From assembly GCA_030141605.1 (NCBI GenBank), contig JAQGDQ010000111.1, positions 186,001 through 250,000 of the forward strand: a stretch of 64,000 nt of DNA, given 5' to 3'. Made by a program: the position numbers and the translations under genes. The stretch comes from Tubiluchus corallicola (taxonomy: Eukaryota > Animalia > Priapulida). Shown here piece by piece: positions 1-14,557 of the stretch (the first letter of the stretch is position 1; the number at the start of each line of letters is the position of its first letter). The notes beneath the pieces were generated by a model. It searched no databases. It was not told the DNA's origin and saw only the letters and a program-made list of their open reading frames with translations.

Positions 1-3000
1 AGCTGTTAAAGCTGTTAGTATTACAGCAGCATGGGCTGCGAAGCGTTGTCAAGTGTATACAAATGCGTTGTCTGGTACACTTAACCTTTGAACTTTTCAC
101 GATCATCATCCCTCACTGGAACCGTGAAAAGGCTTATTGTGAAACAAACTATATATTTTTTCGAGTACTTTGCTTTAGCATAGTAATGTTTTCGTAATAA
201 AAGTATTCCCATAAACTAGAATTCTCACAATTTTCATAACTGTGTTCTAACACTATGGATTACCCGTTGTCTAACCACAGTAAAGTCGGTTTGTAATAGA
301 CATGGTTATTTTTGTTTGCTATATGTTATGTCCGTGACGTGACAGGCATTGTTTACCTTGGTATTAGCCGTCTTAATCGTGTTTTAATCGTGACATGAAC
401 GCTCTTTGCCAGTATCTTGCAATTACACCCACAACCCTTACTCCATGAAAATGCATAGTTATAACAGTAACAATTATACTTGATGGTTTGAATGAGTAAG
501 GCATACTTGGAAGCAGGAATTCCGATGGTGTTATATCATTTATTGTTGTTAGCAAAGACTCTATTATTTGGGAATTTGTGTTTAATTCGAGCTTTTGGCC
601 TAACTGGATTTAGGCCAAGCTGCCTACATAGAGATTTTAATTCTAGGTATTAGATATTTCATGCCTATACTTATCACGAGTGTGTCGAGTGTGCATCACG
701 ACTGCATTTAGCGCGGATAAATTGCAGAATTTAATGCTTTTTCAAAACATCAATGATTTCATATCCTGTTAAAATCGATGTTAACTGTTTTTGATTGGTT
801 TCTGCGAAACCACTGCGTCCAGCCCCAAATACATATCTCATAACAGGGGAAACTTGCGCATAACCCGGAATGGGGGTAATATTGTTTTCCATTCGGATTT
901 TTCTAATTAAATTCGGCGACCATTTCGCATGATTACGGCTGAGAAAACGAGACAAAGAAGATATAACCGCGTCTCGTTTTGCAAAACAACGACTGGAGTT
1001 TATCAATAAAGATGTTTCCTCAAAGATTTCATATGCGTGATTATAACATGATTTGCATTGTTGATTTTTCGCTTGCTTCATGCACGAAGGCGTATTCGTG
1101 ACAGAAGCTTGGGCGCCATTTCCGTAGGTGGCGGCAGCACAGTGGGTCACCGAGTGACGTTCTGGTCACATCTTGTGCCGGCACTTTTTAAGAGCACCTT
1201 GTACCTACTTATTCCAGAATTATTGCATTAAAACTGCAGTATTGTGCTCAAGCGGAACAATTGTGCTTTCCAGAATTTAACACTAAAATTTTTTAATGTT
1301 TAGTGGCTTTTCTATCTCGTAAAAGACGGCTAAAATGGCGACTGTCTTTAGAGCTTAATTGTTTCTACATCTTCTATGCATTATTCTTTCCCTTTTATTT
1401 GTCACATATAAGGAATCCGAATACAAATCCTTATTTTCGAACATACCACAAAAATTTGGTATAAGTTACAGTGTCTGCTTGTATTGAGAAGACATCGTAC
1501 TACAAGATAGTGAGATAGTGCTGCCGCCTACTAAACGGAATTCTAGGGTAACAATACTGGGAGTGTTTTCTTGCGATTAATGTTTGATGATTGTCAAACA
1601 TTAATTTTTTTAATAATAATTATGATGAATTTTGTTAGCTTTGTGCTTTGCTTGATGTTGAAATGCTAAGAAAACATATCAAAAACCAACACTGCCGGCC
1701 GCAAATGCGTTAATCGCTTCATTATTGCAGTTTTGTTGAACCATTAAAATCTCACTTTTCCCTCTAATTTGTTTTCGCTGTTGCCAGGCTCAGGGTCGAC
1801 AAAACATTTTATTTTTACAAATGATGCGTCATTGTTTTTAAACCAAACGCTGAATTATAGAGTTTTGAAATTAGTATTATTTTGTGCAAGCTGCAAAGTG
1901 TTTTTGTACACTTGTTGCTTTGTCATACTTTGCTAGGCATTGGCGTTCAGTTGTGTTCATTTTAAGGCAACTGAAATAGAGGTGAGCAATGGTGTTTCGA
2001 GAACATCTTGAGAAGTAATAAGTAATTAATAGTTTAAGATAAAACTATGGCACTCGTATTATTTAAATTCCTGCTTGTTACTGAAAATACAGTGGATGTC
2101 TGTAGTAAGTTAATTAGTTCATTAACGTACCACCAAAACTTATAAAGTGAACAAAATAGTAAATAAACAGAGGCAACAAACTGTATAATACATAAACAAA
2201 CTAATGTCATCTGACTATTTGAATTATGTTACGAGGAGCCTTTATTTACGCTTAGAAAAAGGTAATTATGGAATTAGTTTAAAATCATTAACCCCTGCAG
2301 AGCTGGCCATTTTTGGGTAACGGAAAAGATTCAAAAGAATATCAGAAAAGAATGGTATATTTGTGGATTCGATTAAGCTCACTTTTGCTTTTATTGTAAT
2401 TGTTAAACGTTTAGCTGTGGATGCAAAACATATTTGAAGATACTGCAAGTCCCCAGCAATCTTCACAATTAGCGTTGCAGAACAGGTGTTTAGTATTTTT
2501 GTTGTTGCCATTATAGGATGCAGTTGCTAAGCCACCACCACAGTAAAATTATTATTTCCACTTCTAATAAAGGAGCTTCCAAGCGTTATTGAAGTGTCAC
2601 TATTTATGTATGTCTGAGTGCATTCAACAACATAAATAAACAATCATCATCATTCATCTCCAACACAACACTCACTGATGCAAACAAACGTTGCCGTTGC
2701 CGCGGCGACCGTTACCGTCGCTGGTGTTCGCAAAATAATGGCAGAACCTGGTCGTGATCAATTCTCGTCACAAAAGCACTTTTCAAGTGAATGGGGTAAC
2801 CGAGAGCAGAATAATTTAATTTCGTTGAAGAGACAACTGCCTATTATGGCCTGCAGGGGTCGTGGAAGATGAGAGGAATCAATTGCCGATTATTGTAATG
2901 ATGCGTAGCGCTAAAAGATGAAGAATCTTTCTACGAGTTTTATTCAATTATGGCGTCTTTTAAACTAATGGTGCGTATATGGAAGCCCGCTGTAGTGTCT

Positions 3001-4241
3001 TTGTGTTGAATAGTACTTGCCCTACCTTGTTTTGCAGGGCTTATTTTTTAGAACTGTTATGCCAAGGTAACTTCAGGTCATCTTCTACCTCGGTACGCAG
3101 AGCAATGATTCGTGATAGGCTACAAGTTTCTTCCAGTGTATGCTACCCGGGTGCTTCGAAGGCTATATCCTCTTTGTCTTGTGCAAATATGTTTATTTTC
3201 TCACTTCCTGCCTTTGGGATCATACTATTATTATTTGTTATAACTCTTTAGGCCTATCTGAAGACTTATATAGGCCATAAGTTTCTGATGGTTCATTCGT
3301 CTGTGCTTCTCGAAAAGGCGAATCTTTTTTACTTCGTGTAACGTGGTCTGCTAGCTCGTCCAACTTGGTCTTGTAGTAGTTTTGTCTAACATTGGAAGCA
3401 TGTGTTTAACGAAGAATGCCTTAAGCTGGGGCTCGACTATTTTCGGCAACATTGGTCTGTAATCTGTAATATTTAAAGGGCCTGGAACAGTATTCATTGT
3501 ATTTTAATTTATAATTAAAGTATTGAGATTACCACACGACATGCGCGCACTAAATGCCTTGAAGAAATGCACAAAAAAAATTAATTCATTTTCAATTCCC
3601 GCCAACCGAACCTTGCTGCGGGCCGGATAGGTGTTTGTATTGCGCCGTAACTGAGTGACGTCATTTATTATTCAAAATGAACGCGCCCAAGCAATTCTAT
3701 TTCAACAAATTTATTGCTGAAACTTTCCTTCCCGAGAGCCTTGACTTTTCCTTTAATGAAAAAGTAACGTAAGAGCTGAGAAGGTTTGACAAGGTTTCGT
3801 CGCATTTCCTTTAATTCATTCTGTCAATTTCGCTTGCAAAGTGTAACTGATGGTTCACTTCCTCAGAAATTAATAATTTTAAAATTGAGATGGGAAATAA
3901 TTAATTAATCACCAAGTGCGTGAGGCTCTAATTCAAGACTTTAATTTAGTTATAAACATTAATTTAATTCAGTCGATAGTAATTACTCTAACTTGGTGCT
4001 TCGAAGCTGCATTGTTTCGTGAGTTATTAGGAATGAAAAACAATTCGCCATTATGACAAGGGTTGTATGGTTCTAGTAGTTATAGCGTTTTAACCCTATT
4101 CAAATTAATGCTCAGGGTGACTTTTTCCCTTTTCCTCTTTCGCGTTCCAAGTTTGCCTGGTCACCGTATTAACAATACCATCGCTTCGAAATTCTGACTG
4201 TCGTTTTCTGGTCCAAGAAAGTTGGCAGGTTGTTGTCATGT

Positions 4242-4465
4242 GTCACGTGACTCGGCATGGCTTCAGTGGTTTCACCAATGGGCAACACTCAGCGACTTCA
4301 CTGCGTCTTATTGAGTTTCTGCTGAGCGTTTGTTGCTGGCTGTGTAAACACCATTGCATGTGTTTTCTCTCTTTGATGTATGATTTTAAGCTTCAATATC
4401 ATTTTGTTTGACCAACCAGACTGATTGTCTCAGCAACGTGGGGGCGGAATGTTTCTGCTTATAAA
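4242..4465 (+). promoter_or_regulatory. Promoter-like island
   Basis: Palindromic E-box gtcacgtgac (4242-51), CCAAT (4275), GTAAACA (4344), GC box ggggcgg (~4441), tataaa (4460). Motif-only evidence. Confidence 0.4.
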
Positions 4466-5894
4466 CTGCTAATATTTGTGAATCTCTCCCAACTCTAGTA
4501 ATTTTTTTGCTACTTTACTGTAAATTGTTGTTCATGGGACTATAATATGGACTGACGTTTTCTGATGTTTATTTCATACGTAGCAGACTTTGTCTGATGT
4601 TAAAGAGCAACCATCCTTGTGTGACTAGCACCAATCATTCTTAAGATGCTTTACTTATAGCCTTTTTGTCATGCTGTAACCATCGTAGATCCATTGAATG
4701 CAGATATGTTCCAGCTTCAAGTCCAGCTGATTCGTCAAAAATCTTTTCACATTTTTTACAAAATTTAATTTTTGTGTTTAATTATGTTGGTATTGTTGTA
4801 TTGTGGACATCAGTTGCAGTTAATAACATAGAGTGTAAAGTGGCGTTTACTAGACACCTACAGAATAGCTACTTGTAAATAATTAATGGGAAATAGCTAC
4901 CGCAAAAATAATTGCATAACGCGGGATCTGATAAATAGGTGCATTGAAAACAATATAAACTGATTTTTATCTAGAAGGAATACGCGTAACGCATACGATG
5001 CTTGGTAAACACCACTTAATTTTCATTGCGTGCACCTTCTATCATCTTTCTAGTTTTAAATGTCTGTTTTGGTCCTGTTCTGATTTACGTAATACTGCTT
5101 AAATTTCATTGGTAGCACACGTTTTTGTGTCAGCTTTTCTCACTTTCTGAACTTTTGCAAATTCCAAAAATCTGCAAAGTGTTTCATCAGAAATTCTTGC
5201 TATCTGCATAAAGTGTGGCTGCTTCAGTGACATTGTTTTCTGGCTGCAAAATCTTCATTGGCAACATGTACTGTTGTGTTGTGTCGTAAACTAATAAGTT
5301 TTGTAGTCGGATCCAACTTCAATCTATCCTTTGATTAAAAATAGGACCAAAATGATCCAAGGATCAATACTATTCACAGAGATCTTAATCCAAGGATCAG
5401 CGTTCTTCACAAGGATCGTAATGGCAGGTCACATCTGCACTAACCCAGCTTGCAGCCCTTTTTATCTACATGTGCTGCATGTGTGCACTTTTTTTCTGCT
5501 GATGCCGCTGTGTGCAATGATTCGAGTCTTCACTGTCATGCAAGTTCACGTGAATCATGTCTGCCTTCCCCGTCCACTTCCAGCGGTAGTCCTGGTAAGC
5601 AGCGATTCTCACTGTCTGGAGGAGTCTCTATTGTAACATTTGAAACCCAAATTCAGCGGCTATTGTTGTTGTTATTGAAGTTAGGGGAGCAGGGAGAAGG
5701 TGAAGCCAGCTAGTGAGTAAAACATCGAACCGTCCACTTAGTCTGGTTTCCTACTTTTACTTTCCCCTTTTTGAGGTTTTGGGATGCTATACATCTGTTG
5801 GCTTTAGAAAACCTGATTTGGATTTTTGAGACAATCTAATTTACACACTAGTGTCATAGCACCAATTATTTCAGGTCTGTACTAATATTTATTG

Positions 5895-5897
5895 TGA

Positions 5898-5928
<31 letters not shown>

Positions 5929-6058
5929 GATGGTGATAGGATGATGATAGGACGATGATGATGATGATGGTGGTGATGATGTTTATGATGATAGAGGATG
6001 ATGATGATGGTGGTGGTGATGGTGATGATGATGATGATGATGATGGTGGTGACGATGG

Positions 6059-6104
<46 letters not shown>

Positions 6105-6120
6105 GATGATATCCATGATG
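5895..6120. repeat. (GAT/GGT)n trinucleotide microsatellite
   Basis: Direct reading; explains the poly-D/M/S/H/I ORFs. Confidence 0.97.
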
Positions 6121-7579
6121 ACATTAGTGGCATTGGTGGCAGCTGTAAAGACAAAAGACTAAATGATAGCAATGCTAGCGGCTATCATAGAACTATTATG
6201 ACAATGAGTTTAGTATAATAATTCAGATAAGTTCAGTTTTATATGACAAATGCTAAATGATAGCAATGCTGGCAGCTACCATTGCACAATAATAACGGTG
6301 CTGGTGACAATATTGATGCCACTGAGTTCAGTACAGTAACTGATATAATTTCAGTTAAAAAAAAGATTTCTCTTTTAACGAGTTTTGTTGGTGACCATAA
6401 AAATTTGGTAGGTGTATAACAATGACGGCATCATTAGTTCTTGAAGGGACATTATGTATTTTATAAAATGACATTTTGACCTATTGTATATAATATAATG
6501 TCTTGACCTAATTGCCACTATGTTATTATGAAATCTTAGAAATGTACTGGATGCAGTTTGCAGTGAGAGGTGGTGTGCGGTGAATAAGATACACAAAGAA
6601 TTGCTGAATGTTTACAATTACGTCTCGCTTAGAGAGACAGAAATCAGCGAGAGAAGCAAGTGATGTGTATGTTCAGTGAAAAAACCGTTTTAGCGCTTTA
6701 ATAAGCAATCTAACTCGACAAACACTTTTAGTTTAAATAAGAAATGCGCGCAATCAGTCACTGCGTTTAGTTAAAGCGTCTTGAGGAGGAGATGAGCGAA
6801 AGAAAAAAGAAAACAAGAAGCAAGAAAGATGTCACTTGTAGACAATTCTGAAACAAAGTAGTGTGAGAGGACTGGAGAAGAAAAAAGGATGAGTTGGAAA
6901 ATTCTGAAGCAAACTAGTGTGAAAAGGATAGACAGAGAAAGGGGGAAAGAAAGAACAGGAAAGGGAGAAACAGGAAAGGAACCTAACATAAGTCAGAGAA
7001 TCAGAGAAAAAAGGTCTGTGCTTCAGCAGTATTGTTTAAGAAGGAAGCGTAGGTGTAATGTGGTGAAACGAATGTTTTGTATATATATATATATATAAAG
7101 TAGTTCTTTTAAGGGCTCATACACGCACAATATAATGCACAATAAACTTGCCCTCACTGGGTGTTGACAGTATTATTAATATAGTAGACAATTAGCGATA
7201 TCAGCCCGAAAAAACACGTAGTAATTGGCGTAGCGAATTTCGAAAATTTCATCAATAGAATTGCCTCAGTAGAACTGGCAATTAAATTGTGAATGTGCAT
7301 TGTGTAGTAAAATTTAATTGTCTTTTGCAAGTGGCAGGTCCTTTTTTATAGTAGTACAGTCTGAGAAAAGTTCTTTTAATTTTACTTGCTGGTATCGATT
7401 ATTTTTAATCGTGAATTTTTGAACGAAATTATCAAACCCTATTTGCTCAAATTTGGAACTTGACCCAGTAAGTTACGACTTCTGGTTTGGAAACCAGTTT
7501 TTCGAATTCGAAATGGATTTGGTCTAAGTCGGCCCACACTATTTCCAAGTGGTCCTTGGCTTCTGAGTGGCTTCTTGGC

Positions 7580-7780
7580 CTGTCACGTGATTCTGTCACT
7601 AAGTATTGCTTATCGACCATGCGGCAACAAGAATGTTCACAAACAAGCACTGGGCTTCGCACAAAGCAAGACGCCTCAGTAAACATGAAGCCAATGATTG
7701 CCCAGCGGCAGTGTTTACCAATATCCTCAATTCCTTCTGTTCTTTTCTGCTGGCCTAACCAAACACGTGTGACGTCATCG
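7580..7780. promoter_or_regulatory. Promoter/enhancer-like island
   Basis: gtcacgtga (7582), GTAAACA (7679), two CCAAT (~7691, ~7718), TGTTTAC (~7712), cacgtg (7764) abutting a full CRE tgacgtca (7770-77). Confidence 0.45.
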
Positions 7781-10700
7781 GTGGTTGTCTGAACTGTGGA
7801 CGGTAGAAGTCTTGCTTGGCTAAGCACTAGATTATCTCCATCGCTTAGCTCCATCATGCTGAGTTAAAACGGCAACTGGGCATAAGTTATTACAGTAATT
7901 TGATTGAGACTGATTGCATTATTAAAGTTTGAGTAGGAAGCATCTTCATTCTACAATATTTTCATGAAATGAACAATGTTAAATAACTTCATTTGAGGAA
8001 AGGATTAACTTTGCCGTATATAAAAAATAATTTGTATATAAACTTCAATGCTTAAATCAGAAGTTAATTTTCGCTGTGGCATTGAGTTCTGATGTTTTGT
8101 TATTTGTTGGAAACATGCACCAGATACTCAAAACAGTATCAAGTAAACGTTCAATAAGTACTCAATATTTCAATTTATGTGAAGTGGCATCAAGTACAAC
8201 AGATACTCAGCGCTTAAGCAGCCGGATGTGAAATCACATCAAGACCAAGCAGAATATGCACCTGTAATTAAAGCGCAGGTATGTGAAACAACGCCAGGCA
8301 CACAAGTACAACAAGCACTCAACATATCAAGTACAGATTTGCGAAATAACACCAAAGTACCGTACAATAAGCCTTCAGTACGAAATAGGTAAAAGCACGA
8401 TAGATATTTGACAACAAGTGTAGTTATGTGAAACTGCATGAAGCAAGAATACAACTACTATTCAACATACAAAATAGTTAGAACAAGTACTGAGCTTGTG
8501 AAGTACATTTACAAACTGTACAATACAAGTACAACGGGTACTTGAACGTAGCAATAAAGGTACTTCAAACAACATCGAGTTTTCTACTTAAAAGAACATC
8601 AAATTCAACAGATAATAAATCACAGCTTGAAAGGCATGAAAGCTAACTGTCAGTTTGTGAAATTCATGTTACCTGATTGAGGACACAATTCAGTGAGGTT
8701 GTTGGTGACCTTGAGCGGGCAGGTCGAAATCAAAGGTCCATTTTTGAAAAGTATACGCAACACTAACATATACGTTCGCTGTGAATCAGAGCCACACTTA
8801 ATTGCTCCAATACAGAAGCCCATCTAGCTGACCAGAGCAAAAAACTTCACTTCAACACGTTCGCCCAAAAAGTCCTTCGTGGTGCGTCAACGTCTGGGTG
8901 GTCTTGAAAGTCAACAAATATTTTTTCAGAAATTTTCGCCAGAAAGTTTATATTTTTGGCTGAAAAGGTTTGGAGGTAAATAAACGGAAAACATTCCCGA
9001 CTTGTTGTTTATGAAATTTGTAAATAGTTTATTTCAAGAAAATGATAAACTGTTTACATTACTGCATGCGTTTTTGTCAGTCTTAAGTGCAAGGCTTTTC
9101 TCGCTGAATTCGCGTTTTTAGCTTGTCTGTCAAATGCCTCCAATTTGCTAGGTTTCGCCTTCTTTTTTGGTGAGTTGCGACGCTAAGTAGCGGAAACTGT
9201 TTTCGCTGAAAAAAAGGCATTTATGTAATCCGGTGACGCATATTTACTTGTATGTTGTGTATGTCTTGAAACAATTTTTGGTAAGAGAAATTCCAAACTT
9301 TGCTTAGAAAACAAATGTTATATTCGTTTATGTTTTTTGGGCATGCTCTAGGTGAGGCGCAATGCGTTGCAAATGCAAATCTGGGAAATTACTGAATGAG
9401 AAAAGAAATTGATATAATTTGCCAGAAACAGCACCAGCAATTCTTTGTATTCACACAAACGCAATTTTTTTATGTTTGGCATATAAGTTGGCATTTCTAT
9501 CAAATTCTTGTATCACGCCAAGAATGTATGTTTGGCATGGTACAAGAATTTGATAGAAATCATACTGTTCGGCCGCATCCAAAACAGAATGACACTTTCT
9601 TTGACTTTCTATTAAGGTGAGTCCTTTTCGAACAGTATTTCTTATACGACTGACATGGCGAACGCAACTCTCCGTTATGTAGTTGTTATTGTTTGTGTAC
9701 CCGAGGATAAACAACGAATAGATCGTCTGGAAAATTGATGGTTGTGTTTGAACCAGATGTGCGTGCCTTGGCCCACGACCACCCAGCCAGCAAATAAGCC
9801 GAGAAGAAAATAGAAAAGTCTTGCCCGCGAGGAGGCGCCACTTCTCTCTTGTTTACGGCCCTTACCTTTACCTCATTCTGGCGTCCCCAGGGTTGTGTTT
9901 TAATCAGTATGCTCTGTCTACCGTCAAGATTACAATTTCACTTAACTGTATTTCTTATTGATTTAAAATTACGTCCATGAGTATTACAAAATGTGTCATA
10001 GATATTTTTTGCAGCTATAAAATGTCTTTGGAGGAAGAAAGCTGGAGTTGTTGTTGTTAGCTCAGGAGGGTCTCGTTTACCCCCAAACTCGCGGTCAATT
10101 AGGATGAACCCCGCGCTGATTGGAGATGACATATAATCTGGTGTCTATTTGCATATGTAATCACTGTGTTTTGATAAGATGTAAGTTTGTTGAGTCTGCT
10201 TTTTGGGGATGTTCATGCGGGCTTGGTCGGAAAAACAAGGCGTCTTGCGTCGTCCACGATTGTGCAGGGTCGTAATGTTTCTTGTTTGCCTATGTGGGTC
10301 GAATCACAGTCTTTTGTAGCCTATATGTATTTTAGTGTTCCCACGTATAAGAAGTAGTTCACATCACAGTGTCTTCAGCATTCATGTTTTGAGCCATGCT
10401 TTTTTAAAAATATAAGCAAAAGTCCATGCATATTCCGTTTACAGCAAGATTTCTTACTGTGCGATGGCTCAACTCATTCTTCTGACATTTAGGACTCTTC
10501 TGACATATAGCATGGCATTTGAACGATTTTGGTACTCTGCTTGGTTGCATGAACATGGCTACCGTCACAACAAAATGACCTCATCGACGTCATTATTAGT
10601 GTATGGTTGTTGTGAATGTATACATATATAATCTTTATATGCCATTAAAATACATTGATAATCACTGAATAAAAATTTTACAGAGATGATCAATACGTTA

Positions 10701-10859
10701 GTGCAGTAGCGAAAAGTAATGACGAATGAAAATAAAACGTATTTACAACTATGCAGAAATATTAAAAATCATCATTTAATTAATATGGCCATGGATATAT
10801 AAATTCTCAATTAGTGTGTATGTTGTTGTACTGGTGTGATGGTGTTTCATATCTGGTTA

Positions 10860-11700
10860 ATATTAATGATTTCGATTTTGCTTTGACTGCCGATGGGGAC
10901 TTGATTTGTTTAACCTGTAATGGTAGAGAATTCCAAAGTAGAATTGCTTGCTTGATTATAGAGTTCGTTCCATAGTGGGTATTTGTTCTAATTTGTTTTA
11001 GATTACTTCTGGAATTAACGATAGGATTTGGAAAAAAGGCAAATCTGTTATTTTGAAATTGTTAATGTATTAACTGTAAAGAGCAGAGTAAAATATTCTT
11101 TGTGTGCTTCATTGATTGGAAATTTTAAAGTTTTTCTTAGGCTAGTTTTTGAAGCTTTGAATTTTTGTCTGCTTTCCTTACGTTTGTATGAGTACCCAGC
11201 TATCAATCTCAACGCATAGTTCTGAAGGAGATTTAATTTTAAGTAGTTTTCTCTTTTTTGTTTTTTGAAGTAGCGTACATCCATATCTGAAGTGTGATAG
11301 AATTAAAGTTTTGTATCTTAGTATCTTAGTTTGTTTTGTTAGTTGCCCTTTAACTTGTCGGAGATGTGATGTGCTAGATGCCATTTCGTATATATGTTAT
11401 TAAAGTGTTCATCCCATGAAAGATTATTGTCTACCTGTATGCCCAGAAATTTAACATTATTAGTTTGTTCTATTACAGCATTATCTATTGTCAAAGTGGT
11501 TGATGACGCGTCATTGGTACTTAATAAGGGTGACAGTATCATGAATTCTGTTTTAGCATTATTCATATTAGTTTATAGTGACTAAATGCCATATTTATAT
11601 TTTTATATCTTTTTCTAAATAATTTCTTGCAGTTTGGATATTTTCATGGGCTAAGTAGATTATAGTGTCATCAGCGTATTGTGTACATGTTTTTGTTTCC
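10860..11700 (-). mobile_element. Decayed non-LTR retrotransposon (CR1/L2-like) reverse transcriptase 3' fragment
   Basis: Minus-strand translation gives QYADDT (YADD at 11678-11667), NAKTEFMI, VKFLGIQVDNNLSWDEH, LILSHFRYGC, LQNYALRLI and LLWNSLP (WNSLP at 10935-10921) in several frames, i.e. frameshifted. Boundaries approximate. Confidence 0.88.
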
Positions 11701-12549
11701 ATTAAAAAGCACTAACTACCGATATAATCAATATCTGCCCTCTGCAGTTGTGATCATATGATTCTCAAGTGCTAGAATAGCATTCACACATATAATTAAC
11801 ACATTTATGTAATAATTTGAGAAACGTGTTTGTGCTAGGTTCGCTTACATGGCCGTTGAGCTCAGAAAATGAATTTTCGACAAAGATTCGTATTTAAATG
11901 ATTGTTTTTCAAGTGACGTAAGGTAGGGTTATATCAAAAATAAGTCATTATACATCAACATTTCCTCATAGATAAGTTAATAATAATAAACAGAGGCTCC
12001 TCTTCTTGAAACTGCGATGACCCTTCGGCCTACAAACTTGCGTGTACACAATCACGTATGCCTCCATCAGGATCCACTACATCGCAAGTAGTTTTCTGTC
12101 ATCTTTGAAAAATTCAGTCAACAACTTGCACAAAAGCAGTTTGCTATGTAGTTGTGTACTCACTAGAGAGAAAATGGTGTAGGTTTACTCTAAAGGAACT
12201 TGGCACTTCAGGACGGGGGTGGAAACTGTTGCTGTCTAATGAATGTGGCCCAAAGAGAAGTACATGTATTCCGCAAGCCCTGCTAAAAGGACCGAGCAGC
12301 GCACTTTTTAGACCACGTGGTACTATTAGTCACTTTAATAATGTTAATGTTTTTTACTAATTTTGAGTTTAGTAGCTAATTGTATTCTGCTTCCACGTGT
12401 AGTATACAATGTGTACCTTGTGTAACATGGGTGTAACAGTGTCTTTCTTCTGCTTCAGGAATATTGTCTTCTGCTTCAAGTACATTACCTGTAGTGTCTT
12501 CGTCTTATACGTTGCATGCATTTTTAGGAGCATCGTATTTCTTTTAAGT

Positions 12550-12567
12550 CACACACGCACACGCACG

Positions 12568-12666
<99 letters not shown>

Positions 12667-12697
12667 CTACATCTACATCTACATCTACATCTACATC

Positions 12698-12755
<58 letters not shown>
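12550..12755. repeat. Compound microsatellite (CA)n-(CATCTA)n-(CATATA)n-(TA)n
   Basis: Direct reading. Confidence 0.97.
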
Positions 12756-12757
<2 letters not shown>

Positions 12758-13034
12758 CACTGCCTGCATCTACTGCATTATCTTTTGAAAACTCTGTTTT
12801 CTGTTCCAGTCTTAAAAGATTAATGACAGGCCATAGAAGTTGCACTTAGTGTCTTTGCCGAAAGCTCAACTTCTAATACGGTGTTTCCAACCTTTTTTTG
12901 CAAGAAATTGATGTTATCCAATGACTTTCTAGCTCAAAGGAAGTATGAACTGTATCATGGGTTTACATTTAATTTTTTGAAAAACCTATACCTCTTTTTA
13001 GTTCCGATAATGTCTTCCTTCTCTGTTCTTTTCT

Positions 13035-13076
13035 GTCTCTGTCTATCCCTCTCTGTCTCGTTCTCTCGCTCTCTCT

Positions 13077-13115
<39 letters not shown>
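13035..13115. repeat. (CT)n microsatellite within a longer polypyrimidine stretch
   Basis: Direct reading. Confidence 0.93.
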
Positions 13116-13117
<2 letters not shown>

Positions 13118-13892
13118 TCTTTCTTTCTTCCTTCCTCTCCTCCTTTCTCTCGGTTTTCTCTTTCACTTTTTTCTCGTCCGTGTTTCTCGCCGTCTCTCGA
13201 TTCTCACACCTCTCCTCTTTCCCCCCATGAGGCGCGTGCAGGTGCGCAGTTTGTGTACAGGTAACATCACGCTTGCTGCTTTTCTTACCTGTTCAGTTTG
13301 CCTACTCATTCGGCTTCTGTGTCGCTTTTCTCAGGTAAACATCGCTGGGTCATTACGTCGACCATTCAGCAAACTTGGGATCCGGCACAGAACTACCGTG
13401 CATTTCTTTACCAACCTTTCCGCCAAACAAAACCCGTCCATTTCGAACAAATCTAAACAAATAACCGGTGATCATCCGAATCGGACGAAATCCTCTTCCT
13501 CAACTGTTCTTATGCGGTGTGGTGGTTACTCGACAAACCTACCACTTACATGCAAAGTTATTAGCTGTAATTACAATGTTTTAAATTACCCGCCTTGTCT
13601 GCTTTTGACAAATAATGCATGATGCTGGGTAAACAGGAGTTTGTGTACTAAACAGACATCAATGCGTTTTTTTCTCACAATGGTCGTCATGGGCGAGTTT
13701 TGGTGTTTACACGTGATAGTTGAAGAACATTGTTGAAGAAGAGCTGAATTTCGCCGTCTCCGGTGCTTTTTTAATTCTTTTTATTGTGTAAAAAATGCCC
13801 CAACATAAATTATACAAGCTGTACTCGACGTGTTTAAAAACTCACTACGTACATTTTGCTTGGGATCCGTAAGTGATTGTATTAATGGAAGG

Positions 13893-14045
13893 AGTTTACA
13901 ATACCCCACACCATCTAAATACCCTAACCCAACCCTAATCTTAACCCTAACCCAACCATAACCCTAATCTTAACGCTAACCCAACCATAACCCTAATCTT
14001 AATCCGCTTCACGAACCAATTTCTTGTGTGCGGGAATTGTAAACT
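13893..14045. mobile_element. Small inverted-repeat element with telomere-like (CCCTAA-type) internal repeats
   Basis: agtttacaataccccacac (13893-13911) is an imperfect inverted repeat of gtgtgcgggaattgtaaact (14026-14045); interior has degenerate accctaacccaaccataaccctaatctta repeats. Confidence 0.6.
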
Positions 14046-14279
14046 TTAACAGTAGTAATTTGCTTATTTCGAGCAGTAACTAGTCAGTTAATTCAGCGTG
14101 CAACACTCGGCAAATAATTAACCATTTAGTTGTAAGTTGTGGTATGTAAATGGATGGGTATCAGGAAAATGTTTTGAGCGGCTTCACTTGCTTGGTTATT
14201 GCCTACTGGTTTCCGTTGCCTGTCCATTTACTCACTTTAGAGGCCTGGCTCATTTACTCGTTTGAGAGATTTGTCGTCA

Positions 14280-14557
14280 TAGTACGCTAATGTCCAGTTC
14301 GCTCAAAGTGCGCTAATGTCCAGTTCGCTCAAAGTGCGCTAATGTCCAGTTCGCTCATAGTACGCTAATGTCCAGTTCGCTCATAGTGCGCTAATGTCCA
14401 GTTCGCTCATAGTGCGCTAATGTCCAGTTCGCTCATAGTGCACTAATGTCCAGTTCGCTCATAGTGCGCTAATGTCCAGTTCGCTCATAGTGCGCTAATG
14501 TCCAGTTCGCTCATAGTGCACTAATGTCCAGTTCGCTCATAGTGCACTAATATCCAG
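14280..14557. repeat. 26-bp minisatellite, 10 full copies plus a partial
   Basis: Head-to-tail units of consensus tagtgcgctaatgtccagttcgctca with 1-2 substitutions and no spacers. Confidence 0.96.

Noticed and set aside
3474-3815. Kolobok-like MITE beginning ttaaagggcc
   Set aside because: No convincing matching inverted terminus found.
5450-5713. Ser/Pro-rich ORF (SSRESCLPSPSTSSGSPG with a gtaagc donor at ~5595) as the FoxP N-terminal exon
   Set aside because: No recognisable FoxP similarity, no clear acceptor or ATG in frame, and the donor is phase 1 whereas the exon at 24785 needs phase 0. Cannot be excluded without RNA data.
5882-6218. Poly-D/S/H/I ORFs (likewise ORFs at 12409-13264, 19145-19615, 40489-40791 and 49980-50369)
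   Set aside because: Translations of microsatellites.
13921-14005. True telomere or interstitial telomeric array
   Set aside because: Short, degenerate and enclosed by inverted repeats; better explained as part of a small mobile element.
14280-14557. CRISPR-like array of 26-bp repeats
   Set aside because: Units are contiguous with no unique spacers, there are no cas genes, and the context is eukaryotic: a minisatellite.
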